NCBI GenBank assembly: GCA_965240325.2
Contig: OZ251253.1
Location: 620,001-684,000 of the forward strand
Direction: 5' to 3'
Length of the DNA stretch: 64,000 bases
Source: Rebecca billardiae RCC1528
Taxonomy: Eukaryota; Protista; Haptophyta
Part shown: piece by piece, positions 1 to 11,200 of the stretch
Layout of the letters: every line of letters begins with the position of its first letter
Numbering within the stretch: position 1 is the stretch's first letter
Translations under genes and position numbers: made by a program
Notes under the pieces: model-generated
Seen by the model: the letters and a program-made list of their open reading frames with translations, nothing else
Database searches by the model: none
What the model was told of the DNA's origin: nothing

Positions 1-245
1 AGTCTCACGAACTAAGTCCTCATACACGAGCGCTGAACCCACCTGCATATTGATATATTGTTGATGCCTGCCCGTCCCTCGACGGTGAACCGGCGTCACG
101 CCACCGACCGCGGGCCGACACGCCTGCACCGCTCCCGGATCAACCGATTCCGCCGAGCCTACTGCCTAGTCCTCGCTCTCAGACCAGAGACCTCACGCCC
201 ACGCCCACGGGCCCGCGTCACGGGGGAGCCGAATCGGAGCCGGCC

Positions 246-1424
246 TTACGCGGCCGGATCGAGCCCGCAGGCCAGTCGCATGGCTGGCAGCACGGCCGTG
301 ACGTACTGGACCGCCATCCACGCGCGGTCCGTGAAGCTCACGCGCGGCTGCAGGCCGCCCTCGCTGCACGCGGCGCGCGCGGCCGCGAGCGTCTCCCGGC
401 CCTTCTCGGCGCGCAGCGGCGCCCCCATTGACGGCAGCATCAGCATCCAGCCGAAGATGTCCATGCTGTGGAGCAGCCCGTCGGCGCCCGGCGGCGCGCG
501 TCGGCGCACGTTGAACGCGAGGCCCGAGAGGTAGTCCGCGTACTTGTTCAGCCCCTCCGAGCTTGTGTGCGCGAACATGGACGGCATACCGAGCGCGTCC
601 GCCACCACGAGGCCATGCAGGGAGGATGTGACCAGCAGGTCGCAGTCGAGCAGCTCGTTCAGCACGCCCTTGGGCGGCTGGTCGACGGAGATCACGCGCA
701 GCTTGGAGAGCCAGCCGAGCACCTTGAGCCGCTTGTCCGTCATGTGCGGCATCAGGCAGATGCCGCCGCCGCCCACGTGCGCCAGCCCGCGGAGCCACGG
801 CAGCAGCTCGGGCACGAACAGCGCGGGGTCGCCAAAGACGGCGGGCACGTGCCGCACGCCGAGCGCGAGCAGGCGGTCGCGGCTGAGGCGGCCGCGGACG
901 GAGGTGACGCGCAGGTCCGCCCACGCGGGGTCGGGCTTGACGACGCCCGCCGGCGCGGCGTGGAACCCCGCGCCGGCGACGATGTCCCCGACCCGAGCGC
1001 CTTCGAGCGTCGAGCCGCCCAGCAGGAGCTTGCTGAAGTGGCGCTTGTCAGGGTCGGCGCCGCCGCTCAGCGCGCGGAAGAGCTCGACGCTGAGGTCCTC
1101 GCCAAAGTTGTACCCGTTCGGGCCGGGCCGCTGGAGCACCTTCATTCGGGGCGCGCACGGCTGACCACGCATCGTGCGGTTGACGAGCGCTCCGAGCGTC
1201 GCGCGCAGCTCGGCGCGCGCGGCGGGCGTGCCCTGAAAGCGCACGCGCTCGGCCTGCGAGAGCGGCTTGCACGCGGCGTTGGGCGCTGGCGCGGTGGGCG
1301 CCACGCCGTTTGCGGAGGCGAGGGGTGGCGTGGGGATGGGCGTGCCCACACCCCACGCGCCCCGCAGCCAAGCCGCCGCGACGAGCAGTGCCCACCGCGA
1401 TACCGCGGGCCACGCGAGCGGCAT
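246..1424 (-). CDS. Polysaccharide pyruvyl transferase family protein (ExoV-like), signal peptide, intronless
   Basis: Motifs YNFGEDLS, VTSVRGRLSR, FGDPALFVPEL, LMPH, VTSSLHGLVVADALGMPS and KYADY match the PS_pyruv_trans/ExoV pattern; hydrophobic N-terminus. Confidence 0.85.
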   Translation of the reverse strand: MPLAWPAVSRWALLVAAAWLRGAWGVGTPIPTPPLASANGVAPTAPAPNAACKPLSQAERVRFQGTPAARAELRATLGALVNRTMRGQPCAPRMKVLQRPGPNGYNFGEDLSVELFRALSGGADPDKRHFSKLLLGGSTLEGARVGDIVAGAGFHAAPAGVVKPDPAWADLRVTSVRGRLSRDRLLALGVRHVPAVFGDPALFVPELLPWLRGLAHVGGGGICLMPHMTDKRLKVLGWLSKLRVISVDQPPKGVLNELLDCDLLVTSSLHGLVVADALGMPSMFAHTSSEGLNKYADYLSGLAFNVRRRAPPGADGLLHSMDIFGWMLMLPSMGAPLRAEKGRETLAAARAACSEGGLQPRVSFTDRAWMAVQYVTAVLPAMRLACGLDPAA

Positions 1425-1559
1425 CGTCCGCGCAAGCTTGGTCCGCGATACCGTCGCCGACTTGATGCAGATCCCGCTGTCGAGATCTCCGATCCGCCGG
1501 GGAGGCCGGGTTACTGGCGGCTTTCATCCGCGCTACTTTTTAAAATGCGGTCCGGTCCG

Positions 1560-2648
1560 TCAGTGCTCGGTCGCGGGCGGTGGGCCGGGCGACTGCTTCG
1601 CCATATACAGCACATGCCTGATCAGGTGTTCCACCCACAGGCTCTCCCTCGCCTCCATCGTCGCGAGGTGGCCGTAGTCCTGGGTGGTGAGCGCCGGAAC
1701 CCTCGCTTCCCCCTTCAGGCGAAAATGCATCTGGATGCCGGCCCCGAGCAGCGGCACGCCCAGCACGGGCTCGAGCGCCATCAGCGACGGCGCCCACGCG
1801 TCGATGCACCCGACCCACGCGACGCGCGGGTGGTCGATCAGCCGCCCTGCCAGGGCGCTGGGCGAGAGGCGCGCGATGGCGCCACTGCGGCGCACGGTGT
1901 CCTGGCTACCCTGGTACCCCCAGAGCTTCTCGTAGTAGAGCAGTTGCGAGCTCAGCGCCTCCCGCTGGTACTCCTCCGACCGGATCCACGCGGAGAAGTT
2001 GGTCATCCGCTCGTCGGCGGCGCCGCCGCGGCCGGTCCGCTCGCCAGCGCCGCCGCGGCCGGCCATGAACATGGAGATGCGGAACGGGACGGTCCTGCGC
2101 ACCAGGATGAGCAGCTTCGCGTCGGGCAGGGAGAGGTGCCACCGCACTGACGCGTGCATGTAGATGACCGTGGCTGTCTGGCTACGTACGCTGGGCTCGT
2201 GCTCAGGAGCGACCTGATGGCTCTCGGCGAGGCCCAGCTTGTATCGGGGATCGCAGCTGCCGTCCGAGCGGCGCGCTTGCTTGTCACCCGAGGACTCGCG
2301 CGAGCCGCACTCGACGCACGCAGCCGTGTAGTATAGCAGCGCGGAGAGCGTCGTCCCGCCCGTCTTCGCCAGGTGCGGAAACGCGAAGAGCTGGCGACGC
2401 TCCCCTCGCTTCCTCGGCGGACAAAGCTGCGCCTCGGACAAGCTTCGGCGCGGAGCGCCCTCCGTCGGCGCGGAGCCATTCTTCTCGACCGGCGCCACGA
2501 GCGGTGCCGGGTGGCCATCGCCGGCCATGGGCATACTCGCAGCTGAGGTGAAGATCGCCAAGACCAGCGCCACGAGGGCGCGCCGAGCGGGCGGCGCCAC
2601 GAAGGCGCGCCGAGCGGGCGGCGCCGGCGCGCGGTTGAGCACCGTCAT
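1560..2648 (-). CDS. Sulfotransferase-like membrane/secreted protein
   Basis: 5'-PAPS-binding-like FPHLAKTGGTT; LILVRRTVPFRIS (3'-PB-like); WVG motif; N-terminal hydrophobic anchor ALVALVLAIF. Start ATG 2648 chosen within ORF 1560-2750. Confidence 0.7.
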   Translation of the reverse strand: MTVLNRAPAPPARRAFVAPPARRALVALVLAIFTSAASMPMAGDGHPAPLVAPVEKNGSAPTEGAPRRSLSEAQLCPPRKRGERRQLFAFPHLAKTGGTTLSALLYYTAACVECGSRESSGDKQARRSDGSCDPRYKLGLAESHQVAPEHEPSVRSQTATVIYMHASVRWHLSLPDAKLLILVRRTVPFRISMFMAGRGGAGERTGRGGAADERMTNFSAWIRSEEYQREALSSQLLYYEKLWGYQGSQDTVRRSGAIARLSPSALAGRLIDHPRVAWVGCIDAWAPSLMALEPVLGVPLLGAGIQMHFRLKGEARVPALTTQDYGHLATMEARESLWVEHLIRHVLYMAKQSPGPPPATEH

Positions 2649-3141
2649 CCATGAACGAGGCTCATATCTACGACGAGAATCGCTTATTCGCGATTCGACG
2701 ACGAAATCCCAATCCGCATCAGTATTATTGAGAGCGAGAGATGAATGCATCTAATCATATCATCACCGTCTGTCCGTCATCCGCATCATGTGATGCAGGA
2801 CTGTGCTCTGTAGACTGTGGTGTGATCGAACTCTCGCCACGCTGCATCCACAGCGGCATGGCAACGAGTCTCAGTGCCCGTGCTGCAGACGCAGCAGCGA
2901 TGGAGCTCGCGAGCACACCGCTCGGTGCGCGACACGCCCCCCCGGCCTGCATCCACGCTCCGCGCGCCACCGACGCACGCGGCACAGGGAGTCCATCAGA
3001 GCCGGCCGCACCCGGCAGCCCTCATGGGCGGCGCAGCGGCATTGGTGGCCACTGTGGGGCGCGACGCCGGCGAGCAGCCACGCGCCCGGCACGGCGCGGT
3101 GCGCAGCCTGCCCGCCCCTCGGCGACGCGCCCAGCCAGCGG

Positions 3142-5156
3142 CTACGCGTACGAGAGGCCGATGTCTGCGATCACCGCCAGCACAAAGCCCGCGCCCAGCC
3201 AGCGGCGCGTGCGCTTGGTCTCGTCCGCTGCCTCCACGCCGTCCGCGTGCCTGCGCCCGCGGCGGGGGGCGGGAGCAGAGCGGGGGAGGGCGGGGAGGGA
3301 GGGTGGGCGGCGAGCGAGGGCGTCGGGCGCGCGCGGCTCAGGCCTGCAGGGCGGCGCCACGCGGGACGCAGGGCTCGCGCGTGCGCACACTTGCAGAGCT
3401 CGCTGAGCGAGGCGCCGAGAGACGGGCCGAATGGCGCGGCGGGCGGCGGCGGGCGCTCGACGAGCGCGGCCGCGTCGACGCGCACGGCGCCCGGGCCCGC
3501 TAGGGCCGCCAGCTCCCGCGCGGCCTGGCGCTCGGCGGGCGGCGTGCGCCGGAGCGCGTTGGGCCACCAGGACCAGCGGCGCGCCGTGATTGGCTGCTCA
3601 GCTGCCTCCAGCCAGCGCGAGATTGCAATCTCGGTGCCGGGCAGGCACTCTGCGCGCTGCTCGAGCGCGGCCGCGACGTCGGCGGGCCGCAGGCCCGGCG
3701 CGCCGGCGGCCGGCGTCGCGGCGCCCGCACTGGCCGTGGCCACCGGGGCGGCGGCGGCGGCGGAGGGCGGCGGCGGCGAGGCGGCCGCGATCGGCGCGCC
3801 GCCCACGCTGTGCGCGCCGCCGCCGCCCGCGGCGGGCGTTGCCGGCGCCGCGGCCGCCGGGGCTGCCGGCGCCGCGCCGCCTTTCGGCGCCTCTGCCGCG
3901 GCGCCCGCACCCGTGGCGCCAGCGCCAGCCCCGGCGCCCCCGCCATCGCCCTTCTCCTCGGGCGCCGTCGTCGTCGGCGTCGTCGTCGGCGGCGGCGGCG
4001 GCGGCGGGTCCGTCACGGCCACGGGAAGGCAGCGGCCGAGCGCGGCCGCAGCGGGGCGCGTGGCGCGCGCGAGCTCGGCGAGGAGCGCGCGCGCCTCGGC
4101 GAGGGAGAGCGACTCGGCCGCGGTGTGGGCACTGGGCTCGACCGTCGCCGTCGCCGCCGCCGCCGCCGCGTCGGCTGCGGGCGCGTCGGCGCCCGCGCCG
4201 CCTAGGCCGCGCGCGCCCGCGCCGTGCGCGCCCGCGCGCCAGAGCCTGAGCCAAGCGCGCGCGCGCTCGTGCGCGCCGCCGTACGCGATGTGCGCGAGGC
4301 ACTCGCGCAGCGCGTCGCCGCCCTCGAGCAGCGCCACGCTCGCCGCCGCGTCGCCATCCGCCGTCGCCGGCGCGGCCGCTCCCGCCGCCGCGCCCGCCGC
4401 CTCCGCCCCCGCCGGTCCGCCGCCGCCGCGCGCGGCCGCCGTGGCCGCCGCGCCCAGCAAGCCAGCCGCCTGCCGCAGCGCGGTCTGCACGGCGAGCGCG
4501 CGCGCGAGCGGCGCGAGCGCCTCGCGCGCGTCCTCAAAGCGCAGCCTCGGCTCGTCCGCGCCGTCCGCGGGCGTGTAGTCCGCGTCGGGCAGCTCGCCCT
4601 CGCGCTGCGGCGGCATCGGCAGTTGGCTAAGCACGACGGCGCGCGCGGTCGGCTCGAGCGCCGAGCTGACGACGTCGTCGAGCGAGCGCGCGCCGGCCTC
4701 GAGCGCGACGGCGAGCACGCCGAGCCGCGCGCGCGCGAGCTCGCCGCTCTCCGCCGCGCCCGCGCCCGCGCCCTCGCTCCCGCCGCCGCCGCCGCCGCGC
4801 GCGCCGCCGAACGCGCCGGCCGCGCCCGCGGCGCTGAGCGCGCGAGCGAGCAGCGGCTCAGCGGCGGGCGCGACGCCCGGCGGGAGCAGCGAGGGCCCGT
4901 CCATCTCGCTGAGCACGTGCGAGATGCGCCCGCGCCGCACCTTGCGCAGGCGCACTGCGAGCGCGGGGCGCGGTGGGGGCGCCGCGCGTCACGCCGCGCC
5001 GCTGCGCCGCGCCGCGCGCCGCGCGCCGCGCGGCGCGCGCGAGCACGCACGGTTGAGGTCGCGCGCCATGTCGTCGAAGAAGGTACGCGCGGGTTGCCGG
5101 CACGCCAGCGCGCGCGGCGGGGGCCGCCTCGCGGCGCGCCTCGCGAGGGCGAGCAT
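3142..5156 (-). CDS. Hypothetical protein with probable mitochondrial presequence and C-terminal TM anchor; exons 5156-5051, 4954-3391, 3250-3142
   Basis: Arg/Ala-rich N-terminus MLALARRAARR..RTFFDDM; GT-AG introns 4955-5050 and 3251-3390 join the frames; ends WLGAGFVLAVIADIGLSYA*. Confidence 0.6.
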
Positions 5157-5309
5157 CGGCGGCGGCGCGCGGCTCGAGGCGGCAGCAGAGGGCAGGCGGC
5201 GCCGCGCGCCCACGCGCCTGCCAGTGGCCAGTCGCACAGCTTTCGCTTGATGAGGCCCGGACGCAGCGAGAGCTCGCACCAGCATGGTGGCTGAGGCTGG
5301 GCCGCGATC

Positions 5310-6980
5310 ATGAGCGCGCTCGATGACCTTCTCGCCGCGCTCGACCGGCTGCGCGCCGAGCTCGCGACGCGCGCGCTCGCCGCCGACGAGCACGCCGCGC
5401 TCCACGCCGTCGAGGCCGAGCTCCATGAGCTGCTTGCCGCGAGTACCCGGGACGCGCCGCCTCGCCCTGGCGAGGGCGGCGTGCGCGAGAGCCGATGCGA
5501 AGAGTCGCCGCCCGCCGCGACGCTCACTTCGCTGCCCACCGAGCTGATCGAGCGCATCGTGCACTTCTTGCTCACGGACGTGGGTGCCACCGTCTCGCTC
5601 AGCGCCACCTCGCGCCTCTTCCGCGGCACGCCTCCCGTGCGCTCGCCGATTGACAGCGCGCTGCTTTGGCACGCGCGGTGCTGGGGGCTGGAGCGCGCGG
5701 CCCTGTCGGCCATTCGCAACGAGCCGAGGCCGACGCGTGTCCTACTCGAGATGGAGCGCGTGAGGCGCGGCGCGAGTGCGCACGCGAGCGCCTTCGCCGC
5801 GAACGCGCGCGCGAGCGCGTTTGTCCTCGCGTGCGGCGGGCTGGTGACGTGTGGCGAGGAGAGAGCTCGGAATGCGCGCGGCCAGCTGGTGCGCACGTAC
5901 GCTCAGCCCGCCCTCGGGCATGGCGGCGACGCACGCGCGCCGCCCGAGACCACGCCTCGCCGTGTCGCCGCCCTCGCGGGCGTGCGCATCCAGGCCGTCG
6001 CCTTGGGCAGCAACCACCTGCTCGCGCTGAGCGAGGCCGGCGCCGTGTACGGCTGCGGCGACAATGTCCAAGGGCAGCTGGGGCTGGGGCACGCCGAGGC
6101 GGTGAGGGCGCCCGCGCGCATCGGCGCGCTCGCGGGCGAGCACGTCGTGTGCATCGCCGCGTGCGAATTCCGCAGCCTCGCGCTCACCGCCGCCGGGCGC
6201 GTGTACAGCTGGGGCTACGTCGGGCCCACGCGTGCGTGGCACGGCGTCGGTGAGCTCGGGCACGCGGACGCGGAGGACCGGCGGGCGCCCGCGCTGGTGG
6301 AGGGCCTGGCGCACACGCGCATCGCCGGCGTCGCCGCGGGCAAGGCGCACACCCTGGCGCTCTCGATCGCGGGCGCCGTGTACTCCTTCGGCCTCGGCCA
6401 TGGTGGGCAGCTCGGCCACGGCGACAGCGCGCACCAGCCTCTGCCCGTGCGCGTCGAGGCGCTCGCGGCCGTGCGCGCCGTGCACGTGAGCGCGGGCTGG
6501 TACCACAGCCTGGTGGTGGACGCTGAGGGTGGCGTGCACTCGTTCGGGCAGGGCGACACCGGGGCGCTCGGCCTCGGCGACTGGAAGGGCCAGCCCACGC
6601 CCACGCGCATCGCCGCGCTGGCGGGCGTGCGCGTCGTGCGCGCGTTCGCCGGCAACGGCACCAGTCTGTTTCTTGACGCGGCCGGCGGCGCGCACACGTG
6701 CGGCCGCGGCCTCAGCGGGGTGACGGGGCACGGCGACACGGCCAACAGGCGGGTGCCCGCGCGCGTGGCGGCGCTGGCGGGCGTGCGCGTCACCGGCGTC
6801 GCGCTGGGCGCGCTCCACGCCATCGCCGCGACGTCGGACGGGCGCGCCTACTCGTGGGGGCGCGCGTCCGCGGCGCTCGGGCTCGGCCACAGCGCGCGAG
6901 ATCGCGATCTCGTCGGGCCGGACGGTGAGCCGCAGTACGTGAGCGTGCCGCGGCGGATCGTGGGCCGCGATCGCGGCTGA
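5310..6980 (+). CDS. F-box-like motif plus RCC1-repeat (beta-propeller) protein
   Basis: LTSLPTELIERIVHFL (F-box-like); about 6-7 RCC1 repeats (GxxH.LAL...G.VYS.G....GQLG.G); intronless 556 aa. Confidence 0.9.
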   Translation: MSALDDLLAALDRLRAELATRALAADEHAALHAVEAELHELLAASTRDAPPRPGEGGVRESRCEESPPAATLTSLPTELIERIVHFLLTDVGATVSLSATSRLFRGTPPVRSPIDSALLWHARCWGLERAALSAIRNEPRPTRVLLEMERVRRGASAHASAFAANARASAFVLACGGLVTCGEERARNARGQLVRTYAQPALGHGGDARAPPETTPRRVAALAGVRIQAVALGSNHLLALSEAGAVYGCGDNVQGQLGLGHAEAVRAPARIGALAGEHVVCIAACEFRSLALTAAGRVYSWGYVGPTRAWHGVGELGHADAEDRRAPALVEGLAHTRIAGVAAGKAHTLALSIAGAVYSFGLGHGGQLGHGDSAHQPLPVRVEALAAVRAVHVSAGWYHSLVVDAEGGVHSFGQGDTGALGLGDWKGQPTPTRIAALAGVRVVRAFAGNGTSLFLDAAGGAHTCGRGLSGVTGHGDTANRRVPARVAALAGVRVTGVALGALHAIAATSDGRAYSWGRASAALGLGHSARDRDLVGPDGEPQYVSVPRRIVGRDRG

Positions 6981-8239
6981 TGGCGAGCGCGCGCCGTCGT
7001 CGCGCGCGCCAATATATGGCGCGCGGCGGCGGTAGATCGACGGTGACGACCGTCAGCGCGGATGTACCGCGTCGTGCTGCGTGGGCAGTGACTCTGACGC
7101 GGCGGGCGGCTGATCACGCACCATTGCACGGTCCGCGCGGCGCCGGACTTGAGGCGGATACGGTGAGGGGTGTCTACCGCGCCGGCCGGCGGCCGCCGCC
7201 GCCTGGATGGGGGCTGCGCGGATGATGAGCTGCGGGCCCCGGGCCGGCGGCGGCTGGCTGCGCTCGGACCGGCGGCCCGGCGCCGGCCTCCGGTCGTCCG
7301 ACTCAGTCCAGTGAGTCCGAGTAGTAGCTGTAGTTACTAGTTAGTCAGACGGCACTGACACGGTCAGATGAGTATTGAGTCCACCGCGCGTAGTTAAAGT
7401 GTCCGGAGCCGGCCGCGCCAGCGCCGGGCCTGCCCTGCGGCGGCGCCCGCGTCGGTCCGCGACACTGTGGCACGGCGGCGCTGATCGTGCCCGTGGCCCT
7501 CGGAAGTGCCATGACGACCGGGCATTCGCGGGCCGGTCCGCCCGCGCAGCCTGCGCCGCCTCAGTGGCACTGGCTAAGTGTCCGAGGCCCGCGCTGGCTG
7601 AGTAGCAGTAGTGACGGCGAGTCGTGCGCTGATGCGCTGACTCTAACGACGAGCGCAGCAGAGGGCGAGACGGTGCGGCGCGGAGCTCGCGCCGAGTGGA
7701 CGGCGCCGCCGCACCCGGCCGTAAGCCCGCGAACGGCTGTGAGAGTGCGATGGCGGCGGCGTCGCAGATCATCAGTCGTCATCGTCGTCGTCCGATCCGA
7801 TAATATATATCGTCTAGATCGTGCGTCATCATCCCCGGGACTAGCTGATATCGTCGTCGTCAGCATCAATTATTAATTATATATATATTATTTACGTCGC
7901 GTCATTCAATCATCATCATCGTCATCAGTATGTCATCGCGACGTCGAGTCATCATATCATCACTCCGGGATCACCGAGCCCGCATCAGCGGCCGGCCGGT
8001 CCGCCAGCGCGGGCATGCCGTGACTCGATCGCCGAGTCAGTGGCACGCGGCTGGCCAGCCGCCCGCGGAGCCGGTTACCGAGCGGCTGCGACGTACGGTA
8101 TCCGATATATGGCCGGCGCGTGGCGCCGTCGGTCCGCGGGTCACCGGGGCGGCGGCACTCCGACCTGCGGACAGCCGAGCCTCGGACTGGCGCGGCGCGG
8201 TGGCCGATGCGGACGCGCCAGCCTCACCGTCACGGTGCG

Positions 8240-11200
8240 CTACACAGCCTCAGCCGCCGCCCGCGCGCTGTCCGTGCCCGGTGCGCCACCGCCCGGCTCA
8301 GCACGCGCCACACCCGGGGACTCTGCACCGGACTCTGCACCGGACTGTGCACCGGACTCTGCACCGGACTCGGCGGCGTCGGCGCCCATCTCGCCGAGCG
8401 CGTGCGCGAACGCGTCGAGCACGCCACTCAGCGCCGGCATCGCCGCGTGCCCGCCCTCCAGCCCGTGCACCACCCAGCCCTCGCCCTCGCCGCCCGGCGC
8501 GGCGCGCTCGGCGGCGGCGGGCGCCGCGCCGCCGCCGTCCGCGCCGCCGACCGCCGGCGCTGTGCGCGCGGGCGCGGCAGCCGGGGGCGGCGACGCTGGC
8601 GGCGTGGCGGCGGTGGCGGCGGGCTTGCCGCACCTGCCGAAGCAGATGCGCTCGGCCTCGACCGACGCCGCTGCGCGCTCGGCGGCCTCGGCGTCCTCCT
8701 CCTCCGCCACCGCCTCCCCAGGCGCGTCGGCGCCCGCAGAGGCAGCGGCAGCGCCCGCGGCCGCAGGCGCGCCGTCGGCCGCGCAGGCGGCGGCGGCCGC
8801 GACGGGCGGTGGGGCGGCCCCGCCGCCGTGCGCGTCGCACTGCCCCGCACCGCGCCGCGCCCACGCGGGCTCCTCTGCGTCGGCGGCGGCGGCACACACC
8901 GCGCCGCCCTCGCCGCCACCGTCGGCGCCACCGTCCGCGCCGCCACCGCCGCCGCCGGCCGCTGGCGCCTCCCGCTGCCAGCCCGCGCCGCCCTCTGCGC
9001 CGAGCGCGGCGCGGAGGGCCTCGAGGAGGGCGCTGAGCTCGGCGGTGTGCGGCTCGGCGTGCGCGCCGCCGCGTGCCGCGCCGTCGGCGCCGTCGGCGTC
9101 ACCGCCGAGGGCCGCAACCGACGCGGCCTCCGCGCCGCCGCGGGGCGCGTCCGTGGCGCCGGCCTCTGCGGCGCGAGCGGCGGCGCCGGCGGCCGCGTCC
9201 GCGCCCGCGGCGGCGCGGGCCACGCTCTCACGGTCGGCTGCCGCCGCCTCCTCCTCCTCCTCGTCGTCGTCGTCGTCGGCCGCCGCGCCGCCCGCCGCCT
9301 CGGCCCGGGCGGCCCCGACCATCACCGCCGCCGCCAGCTCCGCGTCCGCGCCGCCCTCCAGCGGCCCTCCGGCGTACAGCCCGAGGGTCTGCGCCCAGCT
9401 CGGGGTGGCGCACACGCCGCGCGCGCGGGCGCGCGGCGCCGCGCGCGCCGCGCGTGCCTCGCCGCCGCCGCCGCCGGCGGCGGCCGAGGTTTCGACCGGC
9501 GGCGGGGCGTCTGGCTCGGCCGGCACGTCTGCTGCGTCCCTCGGCGGCAGCGGCGGCAGGTCGTACGGCAGCAGGTGCCCCTCGGTGGTGAAGACGTAAC
9601 GGCCGTGCCAGTACGCGCGCCCGCCCAGCCCGCCGCCGCGCGGCGCGGCCGCGCCGCCCGCGCCGCCGCCGCCGCCCGCCTTGGAGGCCTCCGCCTCGGC
9701 CTCGGCCGCGCCGCTGCCTCCGCCCTGCTGCGCCTCCCCGCCCTCCGCCCCGGCCCCGGCCCCCACCCCGCGCGCGCCCGCGCCCACCACCCCCTCCTCC
9801 GCCTCCTCCTCGTCGTCGAAGAGCAGGTACAGATACTTGGCCGTTTCGGCGAGGAAAAAGGACTCCATCGAATCTTGCAGCGCGCCGGTGCGCACGTCCG
9901 CGACCGCGGCGACGCCGCAGCGCGTGCGCAGCGAAAGCAAGGCGTGCAGCGCGTCGCGGCCGGCGAGGCGGTGCTCGGGGTGGCCGCCGCTCGCGTGGTG
10001 CAGGTACAGCAGGCTCTGCGCCGCCGCGGAGGGCGCAGCGCGGAGGGCGGCGCGGAGGGCGGCGCGGCTGAGTGGCGACGCGCGCGCGCGCCGTCTGCGC
10101 TGGCCCGGCGCGCGGCGCGCGCGCCGCGCGCCGCGGTCGCGCGCGGCCGCGGCGGCGTCGTCGGCGAGGGCCCGCGCCCGCTGCACACGCGCCGCGCCCA
10201 CGCGCACGCACGCCCGCAGCGCGCACACCTCGATCAGCTCGGGGCGCAGCGGGTACGCCGCCTGCCCCTCCTCCACCGCCATCTCGGTCAGGGAGAACCC
10301 TTCGGGAAGCCAGCCGTGTGCGCCTGCCACCGAGCGCTGCGCGCGCGCCGTGCCCACCGCGGCGTCCAGCTCGCCTGCGCGGCGTGCGGCGCGCGCGCCG
10401 TCGGGCGGGGGCGGGCGCGGGGCGGCCGCGCACCGAGTCACCACGGCTGGCGCACACGCCGCGCGCGCGCGCCTATTGATGGCTGCGGATGCCAATGCAG
10501 CCGCCGCAGCAGCCACCGACCCGTGGCTGTGTGCGCGCGCGCGTGCGCGCGCAAACGGTCGCGCGGCGCCGCACCTGCGAGCGCCTCCATGCCCGGCCAG
10601 AAGGCCATCAGCGAGTTGGTGAGCAGCCACACCACCGAGCCGGTCGACATGTGCACCTGGCGGCGCGCACACACACGCACGTGGGGGTGCGCGCGCGGCC
10701 CTGTCATGCACGCGCGGTCGGTCCGGCGGTGGCGTCCGGCCCCGAGCGTGGCGGCCAGCGCACAGCAGTGCGTGGGGGGCGAACGGCTCGCAGCGGGCCG
10801 ATGGCAGCGTGGCTGTGGGGCCAGCTACAACCCCGGGCACACACGCCACTCCAACTAAGGTTAGGGTTGGGGGTAGGGTTGGGGGTAGGGTTGGGGGTAG
10901 GGTTGGGGGTAGGGTTGGGCGCCACACCTCCAGGTAGCTGTGGCCCGCCTTGGTGTGCGCGCTGAACGCCGCGTGCGCGTCGCGGAAGGCGCGCAGCGAC
11001 CACTCGTCCCCGAATAGCAGCGCCGCCTTGAGCAAGTACTCGACGAAGCTGTCGATCCCGCGCCCCACGCCTGCGCGCACACCAGCGGCGGCGGCAGCGG
11101 CAGCGGCAGCGCGGCGGCAGCGGCAGCGCGGCGGCAGCGGCAGCGGCAGCGGCAGCGGCAGCGCGGCGGCAGCGGCAGCGGCAGCGGCAGCGAGGCGGCA

